A DNA stretch of 64,000 nt, from contig CALOEN010000002.1 of NCBI GenBank assembly GCA_942492335.1, forward strand, positions 60-64,059. Reading direction: 5' to 3'. Every line of letters begins with the position of its first letter. The stretch's first letter is position 1. Origin of the DNA: an uncultured beta proteobacterium. GTDB taxonomy: Bacteria > Pseudomonadota > Gammaproteobacteria > Burkholderiales > SG8-41. Position numbers and translations under genes: made by a program. Positions 40,402 to 50,467 of this stretch are shown here, piece by piece. The notes under the pieces are model-generated. The model saw only the letters and a program-made list of their open reading frames with translations. It had not been told where the DNA came from and did not search any database.

Positions 40402-41919
40402 TTAGCCGGAGCCCGCATCGGCAGCGTCCGGTTCCGGCAGTTCCTTGATGTTGAGCTCGAATCCGAGTGCCTGCCATTCCTGTATTTCGTCGTGCAGCGC
40501 GGCCACGGTCAGTGGATAGCGCTTGAGCCATTCGGCATCCAGCGACAGGCGGAACTTGCGTCCTTGCGCTTTCGCCTGCAGCGGCGGCAGCGGGGTGTCG
40601 GAGCGGCCGCGATAGAACAAAACCGCAAGCCGCAGCGCGAGCACCGTTCTCCAGTCAATTTCCGGGTCGAACTGGTCCCGGATTTTGTGCAGAGAGCGGC
40701 GGTGCGCCAACACCAGCTGGCTCAACCTGATTTGCTCCTTGCGTGAAAAACCCGGCATATCGGCATTGCTGATGATGTAGGCCGAATGGCGGTGGTAGCC
40801 GCTGTAGGCGACTGAGATGCCGATTTCGCTCATTTGCGCGGCCCAGGTGATGAAGCGTGGCGCATCCTCATTCTGCTCGTCGCCGTTGGCGGCCAGCCTG
40901 GAGTTGAGTTCCAGCGCCAGGGTGCCGACGCGTCGCGCCTGCAATGCATCGACGTGATAAAGCTTCATGAACTGGCCGACCGTGACGTCGCGCATGTCCC
41001 GGTGATGAAAGCGGCCGATCATGTCGTACAGAACGCCCTGGCGCATCGCGCCCGCCGCCGTCACCATCGCGTCGATATCCAGCTCCGACAGCACGGCGCT
41101 CATGATGGCGAGCCCGCCGGGCAGCACCGGCACGCGGTCGGGCCGCAGGCCGGTGAGTTCAACGCGGTTCATGTCACCGGCCCTGATCAAATGCGAACGC
41201 AGGCGGTCAATGCCGGCCGGGGTGATGCGGCCGTCTTCGAAGCCGTTCAATTGCATAATATCCGCCAGCGCGCGCGCCGTGCCTGAAGAGCCGACGGCAT
41301 GATGCCAGTTGCCGCGAGAGAAGGTTGCGACGGCATGCTGCAATTCGGTCCGCGCCGCCAGCTCGGCCTGTTTCATCGCGGACTTGCTGATCTTGCCGCC
41401 GGGGAAAAAGTTCAGGCTGTAACTGACGCAGCCCATGAACAGGCTGTCCAGTTTCAGTGGTGCGTAGCCGGCGCCTATGATGATTTCAGTCGAGCCGCCG
41501 CCGATATCCACGACCAGGCGTTTCTTTCTGGAGGCCGGCAGGCTATGCGAGACGCCAAGATAGATGAGCCGCGCTTCCTCGCGTCCGGCCACGATCTCGA
41601 TCGGGAAGCCGAGCGCGGCCTCGGCTTTTTTCAGAAAGGGGACGGCATTTTTGGCCACGCGCAGGGTATTGGTGCCGATGGCGCGCACCGTGTGCTTGTC
41701 CAGTCCGCGCAGCCGCTCGCCAAATCGCTCGAGACAGGCCAGCGCGCGATCCTGAGAGGTCTCATCAAGCCGTTTGTCTTTATTCAGCCCGGCGCCGAGC
41801 CGCACCGGCTCGCGCAGCGCATCGAGCGGATAGATCTGATCGCCCACCACCCGCGCGATCTGGCAGTGAAAGCTGTTGGTGCCGAGATCGACCGCTGCAA
41901 GAGTTGAATATTCAGCCAT
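40402..41919 (-). CDS. ppx: Exopolyphosphatase (Ppx/GppA family)
   Basis: 505 aa with an ASKHA fold N-terminus (LAAVDLGTNSFH, DIGGGSTE) and an HD-like C-terminal domain. Confidence 0.92.
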   Translation of the reverse strand: MAEYSTLAAVDLGTNSFHCQIARVVGDQIYPLDALREPVRLGAGLNKDKRLDETSQDRALACLERFGERLRGLDKHTVRAIGTNTLRVAKNAVPFLKKAEAALGFPIEIVAGREEARLIYLGVSHSLPASRKKRLVVDIGGGSTEIIIGAGYAPLKLDSLFMGCVSYSLNFFPGGKISKSAMKQAELAARTELQHAVATFSRGNWHHAVGSSGTARALADIMQLNGFEDGRITPAGIDRLRSHLIRAGDMNRVELTGLRPDRVPVLPGGLAIMSAVLSELDIDAMVTAAGAMRQGVLYDMIGRFHHRDMRDVTVGQFMKLYHVDALQARRVGTLALELNSRLAANGDEQNEDAPRFITWAAQMSEIGISVAYSGYHRHSAYIISNADMPGFSRKEQIRLSQLVLAHRRSLHKIRDQFDPEIDWRTVLALRLAVLFYRGRSDTPLPPLQAKAQGRKFRLSLDAEWLKRYPLTVAALHDEIQEWQALGFELNIKELPEPDAADAGSG

Positions 41920-42120
41920 GAACCGGAGAAGTTGACGCGGAGATTAGCAGGGGCGCAACGGACAGGCAGCGCAGGTGCCGTGGCTGCGGTAGCAATGCAA
42001 CAGAGGAAAACAGGCATTTCTATCCGTTGCTGCGAGTCTTTACTTTCTTGCGCCTGGCGGTCATCCCGCCACAAACCAAGTATAGGTCGCGTCGCAGCCG
42101 GAATCCCTTTTTTTTTGTTC

Positions 42121-42834
42121 TTAACGCGGATCTAGCGCCTCGCGCTCGAAGGCTTCGACGCCGGTATGACGCACGTCCTTGCCCTTGACCATGTAGACCA
42201 CGTATTCGGACATGTTCTTGGCATGATCGCCGATGCGCTCGATCGCCTTGGCGATAAACAAAATATCGATGGCGTTGGAAATCGTGCGCGGATCTTCCAT
42301 CATGAAGGTGATGAGCTGGCGCAAAATGGCACGGAATGACTCGTCCACCTGCTCGTCCTGGCGCACGACTTTTGCCGCCACGGTGAGATCGAGGCGGGCA
42401 AACGCGTCCAGGGCGTTCCTCAGCATGCCAAGCGCAAGATCGGCGACATGCCGGATTTCCGTGGTGCGCGGCACGGCAGGACGATCGGATTGGTATATCA
42501 ACTGCGCCATGCGCGCGATTTTTGCCGCCTCGTCGCCGATGCGCTCGAGGTCGGTAATGGTCTTGACGACCATCATCAGCATGCGCAGGTCGCCCGCCGC
42601 CGGCTGGCGGCGGGCGATAATGGTGCTGCATTCCTCGTCAATCGCAACTTCCAGCGCATTGACGCGATGGTCGCCTTCGACCACGTTTTCAGCCAGCTGC
42701 ATGTTGCCATTGGAGAGCGCGTCGAGCGCGCCTACGATTTGCTGCTCGACGAGCCCGCCCATCTGCAACACGCGTGCGCGCACCGCTTCGAGCTCGGTGT
42801 CGAACTGCTTCAGGGTATGTTCGCTGTTGGGCAT
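42121..42834 (-). CDS. phoU: Phosphate signalling complex protein PhoU
   Basis: 237 aa with two PhoU repeats (DLERIGDEAAKIA and AIERIGDHAKN). Confidence 0.95.
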   Translation of the reverse strand: MPNSEHTLKQFDTELEAVRARVLQMGGLVEQQIVGALDALSNGNMQLAENVVEGDHRVNALEVAIDEECSTIIARRQPAAGDLRMLMMVVKTITDLERIGDEAAKIARMAQLIYQSDRPAVPRTTEIRHVADLALGMLRNALDAFARLDLTVAAKVVRQDEQVDESFRAILRQLITFMMEDPRTISNAIDILFIAKAIERIGDHAKNMSEYVVYMVKGKDVRHTGVEAFEREALDPR

Positions 42835-42884
42835 CTTGGTGCCTCCGTCGCACTCATGTGGTAAATGTTAACAGACCCTAACAT

Positions 42885-43571
42885 TTAATTATGACACTTT
42901 GGTGTCGGTGCACCCGCGGTCAGCGTCAGCACCCCGTCGGCCGTGCCCAGCAGCAGGACGTCGGCGCCGCGTCTCGCAAACAGGCCGTTGGTGACCACGC
43001 CGGCAATCTGGTTCAATGTCGATTCGAGTGCGCCCGGATCGGCGATCTGAAGACCATGCACGTCCAGGATGACATTGCCGTTGTCGGTCGTAAATCCCTG
43101 ACGCAGCAGCGGCCGGCCACCGAGCCGGGTGATCTCGCGCGCGACCTGGGCGCGCGCCATCGGGATCACCTCCACCGGCAGCGGAAACTTGCCGAGCATG
43201 TCGACCAGCTTCGACTGATCGGTGATGCAGACAAACTTGCGGGCCACCGCCGCCACGATTTTTTCCCGGGTGAGCGCCCCGCCGCCGCCTTTGATCATGG
43301 CCAGGTTCCGGGTAATCTCGTCGGCGCCGTCGACATACACCGGGAGATCATCGACGCTGTTCAGGTCGAGCACAGGGATGCCGAGATGCTTTAACCGCTG
43401 GGCCGAGGCCTCGGAGCTCGCAACCGCTCCTGCTATCAGTGCCTTGATGCTGCCCAGTTCTTCAATAAAGAAGTTTGCGGTGGATCCGGTGCCTACACCG
43501 ACAATGCAGCCGGCCGGGATATGGGCGATGGCCGCTTTGGCGACCGCTTGCTTCATTTCGTCTTGAGTCAT
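42885..43571 (-). CDS. rpiA: Ribose-5-phosphate isomerase A
   Basis: [40 protein letters not shown], and [11 protein letters not shown]. The start is ATG 43569-43571; the upstream part of ORF 42885-43685 runs into a repeat array. Confidence 0.93.
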   Translation of the reverse strand: MTQDEMKQAVAKAAIAHIPAGCIVGVGTGSTANFFIEELGSIKALIAGAVASSEASAQRLKHLGIPVLDLNSVDDLPVYVDGADEITRNLAMIKGGGGALTREKIVAAVARKFVCITDQSKLVDMLGKFPLPVEVIPMARAQVAREITRLGGRPLLRQGFTTDNGNVILDVHGLQIADPGALESTLNQIAGVVTNGLFARRGADVLLLGTADGVLTLTAGAPTPKCHN

Positions 43572-43574
43572 AGT

Positions 43575-43700
43575 GGCAATGGTAAACGGTAAGCGATGGG
43601 CGGTAAATGGCTGAAGGCCGAAAGCGGAATGCGGTGAGCGGTTCAACCACGAAACCCTGAGTTGCTTTTTCGGCTTACTGCTCACCGCTTACTTTGCACG
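43575..43700. repeat. Degenerate inverted heptamer array (GGCAATG GTAAACG GTAAGCG ... GCGGTGA / CGGCTTAC TGCTCAC CGCTTAC TTTGCAC)
   Basis: A 7-nt periodicity is visible on the left arm (43575-43641). The right arm (43671-43700) contains the reverse complements of GGTAAGCG and CGGTGAGC. It lies in the divergent rpiA/ilvA promoter region. Confidence 0.7.
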
Positions 43701-43744
43701 CCTATTCCTGCTACTCTTGACGCCTGACTTTTGGTGCCTGTCGC

Positions 43745-45259
43745 ATGAAGAAAATCGATTATCTGGAGCGCATACTCAACGCCCGCGTCTACGACGTCGC
43801 GATCGAATCACCGCTCGAAGCGGCTGCGAATCTGTCGCGCCGCCTGCACAACCGGCTGCTGCTCAAGCGCGAGGACATGCAGCCGGTATTTTCATTCAAG
43901 CTGCGTGGCGCCTACAACAAGATGGTGAAATTGCCGGCGGCTGCATTGGCGCGCGGTGTCATTGCCGCTTCCGCCGGCAACCACGCCCAGGGCGTGGCGC
44001 TGTCGGCGCAGAAGCTCGGTTGTCGGGCGACCATCGTGATGCCGGTCACCACGCCCCAGATCAAGGTCAATGCGGTCAGGCAACTCGGCGCGAAAGTCGT
44101 GCTTTACGGCGATTCCTATGATGAGGCCCATGCCCATGCCCGCGAGCTGGAGCGCAAGCAGAAGCTGACCTTTGTTCATCCTTATGACGATCCGGACGTC
44201 ATCGCCGGCCAGGGCACCATAGGCATGGAGATCCTGAGGCAGCATGCCGACACGATACATGCCATATTCGTCGCCATCGGCGGCGGCGGGCTGGTCTCGG
44301 GGATTGCCGCCTACGTCAAGCGGCTGCGCCCGGAAATAAAAATCATCGGCGTCGAGCCCGTGGACGCGGACGCCATGTACCGTTCGCTCAAGGCCGGACG
44401 GCGGGTAAAACTCGCCCATGTCGGGTTGTTTGCCGACGGGGTGGCCGTGAAGCAGGTCGGTGTTGAGCCCTTCCGTTTGTGCCGCGAGTTGGTCGACGAC
44501 GTGATCCGGGTCGATACCGATGCGATGTGTGCGGCGATCAAGGACGTGTTCGAGGACACGCGGGCGATCCTTGAGCCGGCCGGCGCGCTGGCCATTGCCG
44601 GCGCCAAGGCCTATGTCGAGCGCACCGGGATCAAGGACAAAACGCTGGTAGCAGTGGCTTGCGGCGCCAATATGAATTTCGACCGCCTGCGCTTTGTCGC
44701 TGAGGAAGCCGAGCTGGGCGAAAAACGTGAGGCGATACTCGCCGTCACGATTCCCGAGCATCCAGGCAGTTTCAAGACGTTCTGCGAACTCCTGGGGACG
44801 CGCAGCATTACCGAGTTCAATTACCGTTATGCCGACCCCAGCGCGGCGCATGTGTTCGCCGGCGTACAGGTGCGCAACAAGGAAGAGACCGGGAAGCTGG
44901 TGCGGTCGCTGCGGCGCCACGGACTGAAGACGCACGATTTCAGCGAGAACGAACTGGCCAAGCTCCATATCCGCCATCTGGTCGGCGGTCATGCGCCGAC
45001 GGTGAAAAACGAGATACTCTACCGCTTCGAGTTTCCGGAACGGCCCGGCGCATTGATCAAATTTCTCACCAGCATGAGCCGCGGCTGGAACATCAGCCTG
45101 TTTCATTACCGCAATCACGGCGCCGACTACGGGCGGGTGCTGGTCGGCATGCAGGTGCCGCCGCAGGACCAGAAAAAATTCGGCGCTTTTCTCGCCGAGG
45201 TCGGCTACCCGTATACCAATGAGAGCAAAAATCCGGCGTACCGTCTGTTCCTTGGCTGA
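43745..45259 (+). CDS. ilvA: Threonine ammonia-lyase, biosynthetic
   Basis: 504 aa with the PLP lysine motif (FSFKLRGAYN), GGGGL loop, and two C-terminal ACT-like regulatory domains. Confidence 0.96.
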   Translation: MKKIDYLERILNARVYDVAIESPLEAAANLSRRLHNRLLLKREDMQPVFSFKLRGAYNKMVKLPAAALARGVIAASAGNHAQGVALSAQKLGCRATIVMPVTTPQIKVNAVRQLGAKVVLYGDSYDEAHAHARELERKQKLTFVHPYDDPDVIAGQGTIGMEILRQHADTIHAIFVAIGGGGLVSGIAAYVKRLRPEIKIIGVEPVDADAMYRSLKAGRRVKLAHVGLFADGVAVKQVGVEPFRLCRELVDDVIRVDTDAMCAAIKDVFEDTRAILEPAGALAIAGAKAYVERTGIKDKTLVAVACGANMNFDRLRFVAEEAELGEKREAILAVTIPEHPGSFKTFCELLGTRSITEFNYRYADPSAAHVFAGVQVRNKEETGKLVRSLRRHGLKTHDFSENELAKLHIRHLVGGHAPTVKNEILYRFEFPERPGALIKFLTSMSRGWNISLFHYRNHGADYGRVLVGMQVPPQDQKKFGAFLAEVGYPYTNESKNPAYRLFLG

Positions 45260-45382
45260 CAGGCAGACGTTGCCGGAGGTGCCGCGGATGATTCATGGCC
45301 CGGCCCTCTTGAAACATCAGCGCGCCGGCCTTGTCCAAGTTCCATGTGCTGCGCCGAAACCGGATAGAATAATCAACCCGAA

Positions 45383-47323
45383 ATGACAGATTTTGCTTTG
45401 ATCGCCAGGGCGTTCGTGGGCTGCGGATTGATTGTATTTGCCGCGCTCGCCTGCGGGGCGGACCGGGATGACGATGTGCTCGCCGCGCGCGAGGCTTTTC
45501 GCGTCGGTGACAGCAAGAAACTCGCGCTGCTTGCCAAGCGTCTCGACGGCGATATCCTCGAGTCTTATCCCGTTTACTGGCGGTTGCAGGTGAAGCTGGA
45601 GGCGGCGGATCCCCGGGACATTCGCGCTTTTCTCGCCACCTATCGCGACGGCCCGTTGCCCGAGCGGCTGCGCGCCGACTGGCTGAAGCTGCTCGGCAAA
45701 AACCAGCAGTGGGACATGTTCGAAGCCGAACTGCCGCTGCTTGTCAGAGACGATATCGAGATGGCCTGCTATGCGCTGCAATCCAGGGTCAGGCACGATG
45801 CCCATGCGCTGAGGGAGGCGCGGCCGCTGTGGTTCGTCTCGCAATCTATTCCTGAGAGCTGCAACCCATTGTTCGACGCGCTGGTGGAGGCGAACATGCT
45901 GTCGGCCGACGACCTGTGGACGCGCATCCGGCTTGCACTGGAAGCGGGACGGATCGGACAGGCGCGCCGCGTCGCCAAATTCCTGCAGGGTTCCCAGGCG
46001 CCCGACACCCGGAAGTGGGCCGCGATTTCCTCGAACCCTGCCGGGTATCTCAGAAAGCGCCAATTCGATTTCAAGAGCCGCGCCGGACGGGAAACCGTCA
46101 TGTTTGCAACGTACCGCTTGGCGCGCACGTCACCGCCTCAGGCCGCTGAGCAATGGTCCCGGCTGGAAGAACACTTCAACGAGGACGAGCTCGGCTATGT
46201 GTGGGGCCTGATCGCCTATTTTGGCGCCATCAACCACGATCCGAGCGCACTGGACTGGTATGCCATGGCCGGAGACATGAGCGATGTGCAGCTTGCCTGG
46301 AAGGCGCGTGCCGCTCTTCGTGCCCGCAACTGGCGGGAAGTCATCGCGGCGATAGAGGCCATGACGTCCAGGGAAAGCGCCGAGCCGAGCTGGCGCTACT
46401 GGAAGGCGCGGGCGCTGAAAGAGCTGGGACGCAACGAGGAAGCGGCCGCCCTATGGACGCCGCTTGCCGGTGAATTCAATTTCTACGGGCAGCTCGCAAC
46501 CGAAGAACTCGGCGCGCGGGTCACAAGCCCGGCCACCGCATTCAAGCCGGGTACGGCAGACGTGGCCGCAATCACCAAGCTTCCCGGCATCCAGCGCGCA
46601 TTGGCGTTATTTCGCCTCGATTTGAGAGTGGAAGGCGTGCGCGAATGGGTCTGGGCGATCCGTGGCTTCGACGACAGGCAGTTGCTCGCAGCTGCGGACG
46701 TCGCGCTGAGCAACGGCATCTACGACCGGGCCATCAATACCGCGGACAAGACCGTCATGCTGCACGATTTCACTTTGCGCTATCTTGCGCCCTACCGTGA
46801 TGTGCTGAAGGTGCGCACGGGCGAGATGGGGCTGGATGAGGCGTGGGTCTATGGGTTGATCCGGCAGGAGAGCCGCTTTATCGCCGGCGTGAAATCACGC
46901 GCTGGTGCGAGCGGTCTGATGCAACTCATGCCAGGCACCGCGAAATGGGTGGCCGGCAAGCTCGGGCTCAGGAACTGGCGCTGGTCGCAAGTGACGGAAA
47001 TTGAAACCAACGTCAGTCTCGGCACCTACTATCTGCGCCATGTTCTCGATGTGCTGGACAGCCATCCGGTGCTGGCATCCGCGGCGTACAATGCCGGTCC
47101 GAGCCGGGCCCGCGGCTGGCGGCCCGAGGCCGCGATCGAAGGTGCGATCTATGCCGAAAGCATACCGTTCAATGAGACGCGCAACTATGTTAAAAAAGTG
47201 ATGGCGAATGCCACCTACTATGCTGACGTGCTGGGCCAGCAGGCCCAGACACTGAAGCAGCGTATGGGGGTCATCCCGCCGCGCAACAGCGCCGGGGAAT
47301 CCGGATTGGGCGATACACCATGA
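45383..47323 (+). CDS. slt: Soluble lytic murein transglycosylase (Slt70-like)
   Basis: Signal peptide, a long superhelical U-domain, and a C-terminal SLT domain (ESRF ... GLMQLMPGTA ... AYNAGP). Confidence 0.9.
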   Translation: MTDFALIARAFVGCGLIVFAALACGADRDDDVLAAREAFRVGDSKKLALLAKRLDGDILESYPVYWRLQVKLEAADPRDIRAFLATYRDGPLPERLRADWLKLLGKNQQWDMFEAELPLLVRDDIEMACYALQSRVRHDAHALREARPLWFVSQSIPESCNPLFDALVEANMLSADDLWTRIRLALEAGRIGQARRVAKFLQGSQAPDTRKWAAISSNPAGYLRKRQFDFKSRAGRETVMFATYRLARTSPPQAAEQWSRLEEHFNEDELGYVWGLIAYFGAINHDPSALDWYAMAGDMSDVQLAWKARAALRARNWREVIAAIEAMTSRESAEPSWRYWKARALKELGRNEEAAALWTPLAGEFNFYGQLATEELGARVTSPATAFKPGTADVAAITKLPGIQRALALFRLDLRVEGVREWVWAIRGFDDRQLLAAADVALSNGIYDRAINTADKTVMLHDFTLRYLAPYRDVLKVRTGEMGLDEAWVYGLIRQESRFIAGVKSRAGASGLMQLMPGTAKWVAGKLGLRNWRWSQVTEIETNVSLGTYYLRHVLDVLDSHPVLASAAYNAGPSRARGWRPEAAIEGAIYAESIPFNETRNYVKKVMANATYYADVLGQQAQTLKQRMGVIPPRNSAGESGLGDTP

Positions 47324-47377
47324 TCCGGTATCGCCGTGAATATCGTTAATAAACAATTCCTTAAATAAGGAGAGCCA

Positions 47378-48349
47378 TTGGATATCACTACGGTTTGTGT
47401 GATCGGCGGTTCGGGGTTTGTCGGCCGCCACGTTTGCCGTCAACTTGCCGCACACGGTTACCGGGTGAGGGTGCCGGCGCGGGATCGCGAACGCGCCAAG
47501 GCGCTGATACTGTTGCCGACCGTGGATGTGATCGAGGCCAATATCCATGATGCCGGGCAGCTGTCGCAGGTCATTGCCGGGTGCGACGCGGTGATCAATC
47601 TTGTTGGCTTGCTGCATGACGGGCGCGGCAACAACAGTTTGGTCGCGGCGCATGTCGAACTGCCGCGCAAGATCGTGGCCGCGTGCCAGCGGCGGGGTGT
47701 GCGGCGGCTGGTGCATATGAGCGCGCTCAACGCCGATGTCAACGGGCCGAGCGCCTATCTGCGCAGCAAGGGCGAGGCCGAAGCCATCGTGCGCGCAGCC
47801 GGATTGGACGTCACGGTATTCCGGCCATCGGTGATTTTCGGGCGTGACGATTCGTTTCTCAATTTGTTCGCGAAGCTGCTCCGGTTGCCCATGGTACTGA
47901 TGCCGATACTTCCGCTTGCGAGTCCCGATGCGCGCTTCCAGCCGGTATTCGTCGGGGATGTCGCGGCGGCATTTGTGAAAAGTCTGGAGGGTTTCGACAG
48001 TATCGGCGAAAGCTATGACCTGTGCGGGCCGAAGGTGTACACCCTGCGCGAACTGGTCGAATTCGTCGGTGCTGCGACCGGGCGCGGGCGGCCCATCATC
48101 GGACTCAATGCTGCGTTGTCGTACTGGCAGGCGTTTATGATGGAGTTGTTTCCCATCAAGCAGGTCATGGGCGCGCTCAACATGCTCATGACCCGCGATA
48201 ATCATTACTCGATGAAAATCGACAGTGTCTGCAATTGCGATTTTCCGTTTGGCATACGGCCTGCGGCGCTTGAGGCGGTGGCTCCCGCCTGGCTGACGCC
48301 GGGCACGACGCCGCGTGCGCGCTACCAACGCTTCCGCGCGAGCAGATAG
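47378..48349 (+). CDS. NAD(P)-binding epimerase/dehydratase family protein (complex I NDUFA9-like)
   Basis: Rossmann VIGGSGFVGRHV and SDR-extended architecture. TTG start after AAGGAG. Confidence 0.8.
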   Translation: MDITTVCVIGGSGFVGRHVCRQLAAHGYRVRVPARDRERAKALILLPTVDVIEANIHDAGQLSQVIAGCDAVINLVGLLHDGRGNNSLVAAHVELPRKIVAACQRRGVRRLVHMSALNADVNGPSAYLRSKGEAEAIVRAAGLDVTVFRPSVIFGRDDSFLNLFAKLLRLPMVLMPILPLASPDARFQPVFVGDVAAAFVKSLEGFDSIGESYDLCGPKVYTLRELVEFVGAATGRGRPIIGLNAALSYWQAFMMELFPIKQVMGALNMLMTRDNHYSMKIDSVCNCDFPFGIRPAALEAVAPAWLTPGTTPRARYQRFRASR

Positions 48350-48356
48350 GCAGTGC

Positions 48357-48491
48357 ATGACTCTTAAGCTCGTCATCGGCAACAAGAATTATTCTTCGTG
48401 GTCGGTGCGGGAATGGGGGGCGGCGGCGTGCCGGGAAACCGGGTTGGTCACGGCTGACGAGCCTTATGCCAGCGTGAAAGGTGAATCGTGA
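48357..48491 (+). pseudogene. Relic of a glutathione S-transferase N-terminus (44 codons)
   Basis: MTLKLVIGNKNYSSWS matches the characteristic N-terminus of YfcF-type GSTs. The rest does not, and the frame ends in the GTGAATC repeat array. Confidence 0.45.
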
Positions 48492-48585
48492 ATCGTGAAA
48501 CGAGAGCCCCCTCTTTTCCCTTACCGGGAAAGAAGGTAAGGACCGAGCGCTGTTCTCCATTCACGATTCACCATTTACGATTCAC
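48474..48585. repeat. Inverted tandem-heptamer array: GTGAAAG GTGAATC GTGAATC GTGAAAC (48474-48501), core with its own hairpin CCTTACC-N9-GGTAAGG, then CATTCAC GATTCAC CATTTAC GATTCAC (48558-48585)
   Basis: Read directly. It ends 6 nt before the cca ATG. Confidence 0.92.
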
Positions 48586-48591
48586 GGCCTC

Positions 48592-49717
48592 ATGAAAATA
48601 TATTCAGTAGGCGGCGCGGTGCGCGACGAATTGCTGGGCCTGCCGGTCAAGGACCGCGATTATGTCGTGGTCGGCGCCTCTCCCGAGGAGATGGTCCGGC
48701 TGGGTTACAAGCCGGTGGGCAAGGACTTTCCGGTGTTCCTGCACCCGAAGACGCATGAGGAATACGCGCTGGCGCGCACCGAACGCAAGGTCGCGCGCGG
48801 TTACCACGGCTTCGAAATCAGCGCTTCGCCCGATGTCACGCTGGAGCAGGACTTGGCGCGGCGCGACCTCACGATCAACGCCATCGCTAAAGACGAGCAA
48901 GGCGCCATTACCGACCCGTATCATGGCGCGGCCGATCTCAAGGCCGGTGTGTTGCGCCACGTAAGCCCGGCGTTTACCGAAGATCCGGTGCGCGTCCTGC
49001 GCGTGGCGCGCTTTGCCGCGCGCTTTGGCTTTGTCATCGCCGCGGAAACCCAGGCGCTGATGCGCAGCATGGTGGCAGAGGGCGAGGTCGATGCGCTGGT
49101 CGCCGAGCGCGTATGGCAGGAAGTGGCGAGTGGCCTGATGGAACAGAGTCCCTCGCGCATGTTCAAGGTGCTGCGCGAATGCGGTGCGCTCAGTCGCGTC
49201 ATGCCCGAGATCGATGCCTTGTTCGAATCCGCGTGCTGCCCTCGATGCGCTGGATGCCGCGGCGCTGGCCGGATCTGCGCTCGAGGTGCGGTTCGCTGTG
49301 CTGGCGCGCACGCTGACGCCGCCGGCAGTCGAAGCACTTGCCGAGCGTCTGCGCGCGCCGGCCGCATGCCGCGACCTGGCGTTGCTCGCGGCGCGCCATG
49401 CCCATGCCATCACCGGTGCCGCAGCGCTCAATGCCGAGGCTTTGCTCGAACTATTCAATGACTCGGATGCGTGGCGCCGCCCTGAGCGCTTTACAGATTT
49501 GATGACGGCTGCGCTGGTCGCCGAGCCGGCAGCGCCGGCGTCACGCGCCAGACTGGAGCGTGCGTGGCAGGCCGCGGTGGCAGTCAACGCTGGGAAGATC
49601 GCGCAGGCCGCGGGCAAGGATGGCGACATCCGCGATCGCATCAACTCGGCGCGACTGGAAGCTGTGCGCCATACGCGAACATCGGAAAGCGGTGATGAGT
49701 TAATGAGTAATGCGTGA
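48592..49717 (+). pseudogene. cca: CCA tRNA nucleotidyltransferase, frame broken once around 49222-49235; possibly a sequencing error
   Basis: Class II NTase head ([24 protein letters not shown]) in ORF 48592-49461 up to PEIDALFE. It continues [24 protein letters not shown]...DAWRRPERF in ORF 49184-49717. Confidence 0.85.
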
Positions 49718-49767
49718 TGAGTGACGGGTGAACGCAGTCCACGATTTTGCTCATTACCCATTACCCG
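49691..49767. repeat. Inverted heptamer array (GGTGATG AGTTAATG AGTAATG CGTGATG AGTGACG GGTGAAC / CTCATTACC CATTACC)
   Basis: Read directly. The last 9 codons and the stop of cca lie in the left arm. Confidence 0.85.
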
Positions 49768-49787
49768 ACACGAACTAAGGAGCTGAA

Positions 49788-50411
49788 ATGATCGATCTTT
49801 ACACCTGGACCACGCCCAACGGCCGCAAGGTCTCCATCATGCTCGAGGAATGCGGTCTGCCCTATAACGTGCACCCCATCCACATCGGCAAGAACGAGCA
49901 GTTCACGCCCGGGTTCATCGCGATCAGCCCCAACAGCAAGATACCCGCGATCGTCGATTCCGACGGGCCGGACGGCAAGCCCTACGCGATGATGGAGTCG
50001 GGCGCGATCCTGCTTTACCTCGCCGAAAAGACCGGCAAGTTCCTGCCGCAGTCAGCGCGCGGCAAGTACGACGCGATGCAATGGGTGATGTTCCAGATGG
50101 GCGGCGTTGGCCCGATGTTCGGCCAGGTCCACCATTACCTGCGTGCGGCCAAGGAACCGGTGCCGTACGCGATTGAGCGCTACACCAGGGAAACCCAGCG
50201 GCTCTACGGTGTGCTCAACGACCGGCTCAAGGACCACGAGTATCTTGCCGACGAATACTCGATCGCCGACATCACGACTTATCCGTGGGTGGCGCGTTTC
50301 GAGTGGCACAAGACCGACCTCATGGAATATGCGCACGTGAAGCGCTGGTTCGACAAGCTCTCGGCACGGCCTGCGGTACAGCGCGGGATGAAAGTGCCGG
50401 TGGTGGCGTGA
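49788..50411 (+). CDS. Glutathione S-transferase family protein (Nu-class, YfcG-like)
   Basis: MIDLYTWTTPNGRKVSIMLEE...ISPNSKIPAIVD...ESGAILLYLAEK is typical of YfcG/YghU-type GSTs. Confidence 0.85.
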   Translation: MIDLYTWTTPNGRKVSIMLEECGLPYNVHPIHIGKNEQFTPGFIAISPNSKIPAIVDSDGPDGKPYAMMESGAILLYLAEKTGKFLPQSARGKYDAMQWVMFQMGGVGPMFGQVHHYLRAAKEPVPYAIERYTRETQRLYGVLNDRLKDHEYLADEYSIADITTYPWVARFEWHKTDLMEYAHVKRWFDKLSARPAVQRGMKVPVVA

Positions 50412-50467
50412 GCGAGAGGGGATCGAAGGGATGAGAGATGAGGTGCGCGCACTGCGCGCGCTTCATG

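Noticed and set aside
41995-42013. Possible Pho box upstream of ppx (minus strand CTGTTTTCCTCTGTTGCAT).
   Set aside because: The two CTGT repeats are spaced 10 nt rather than 11 nt apart and match the CTGTCAT half-sites poorly. This is not enough to call.
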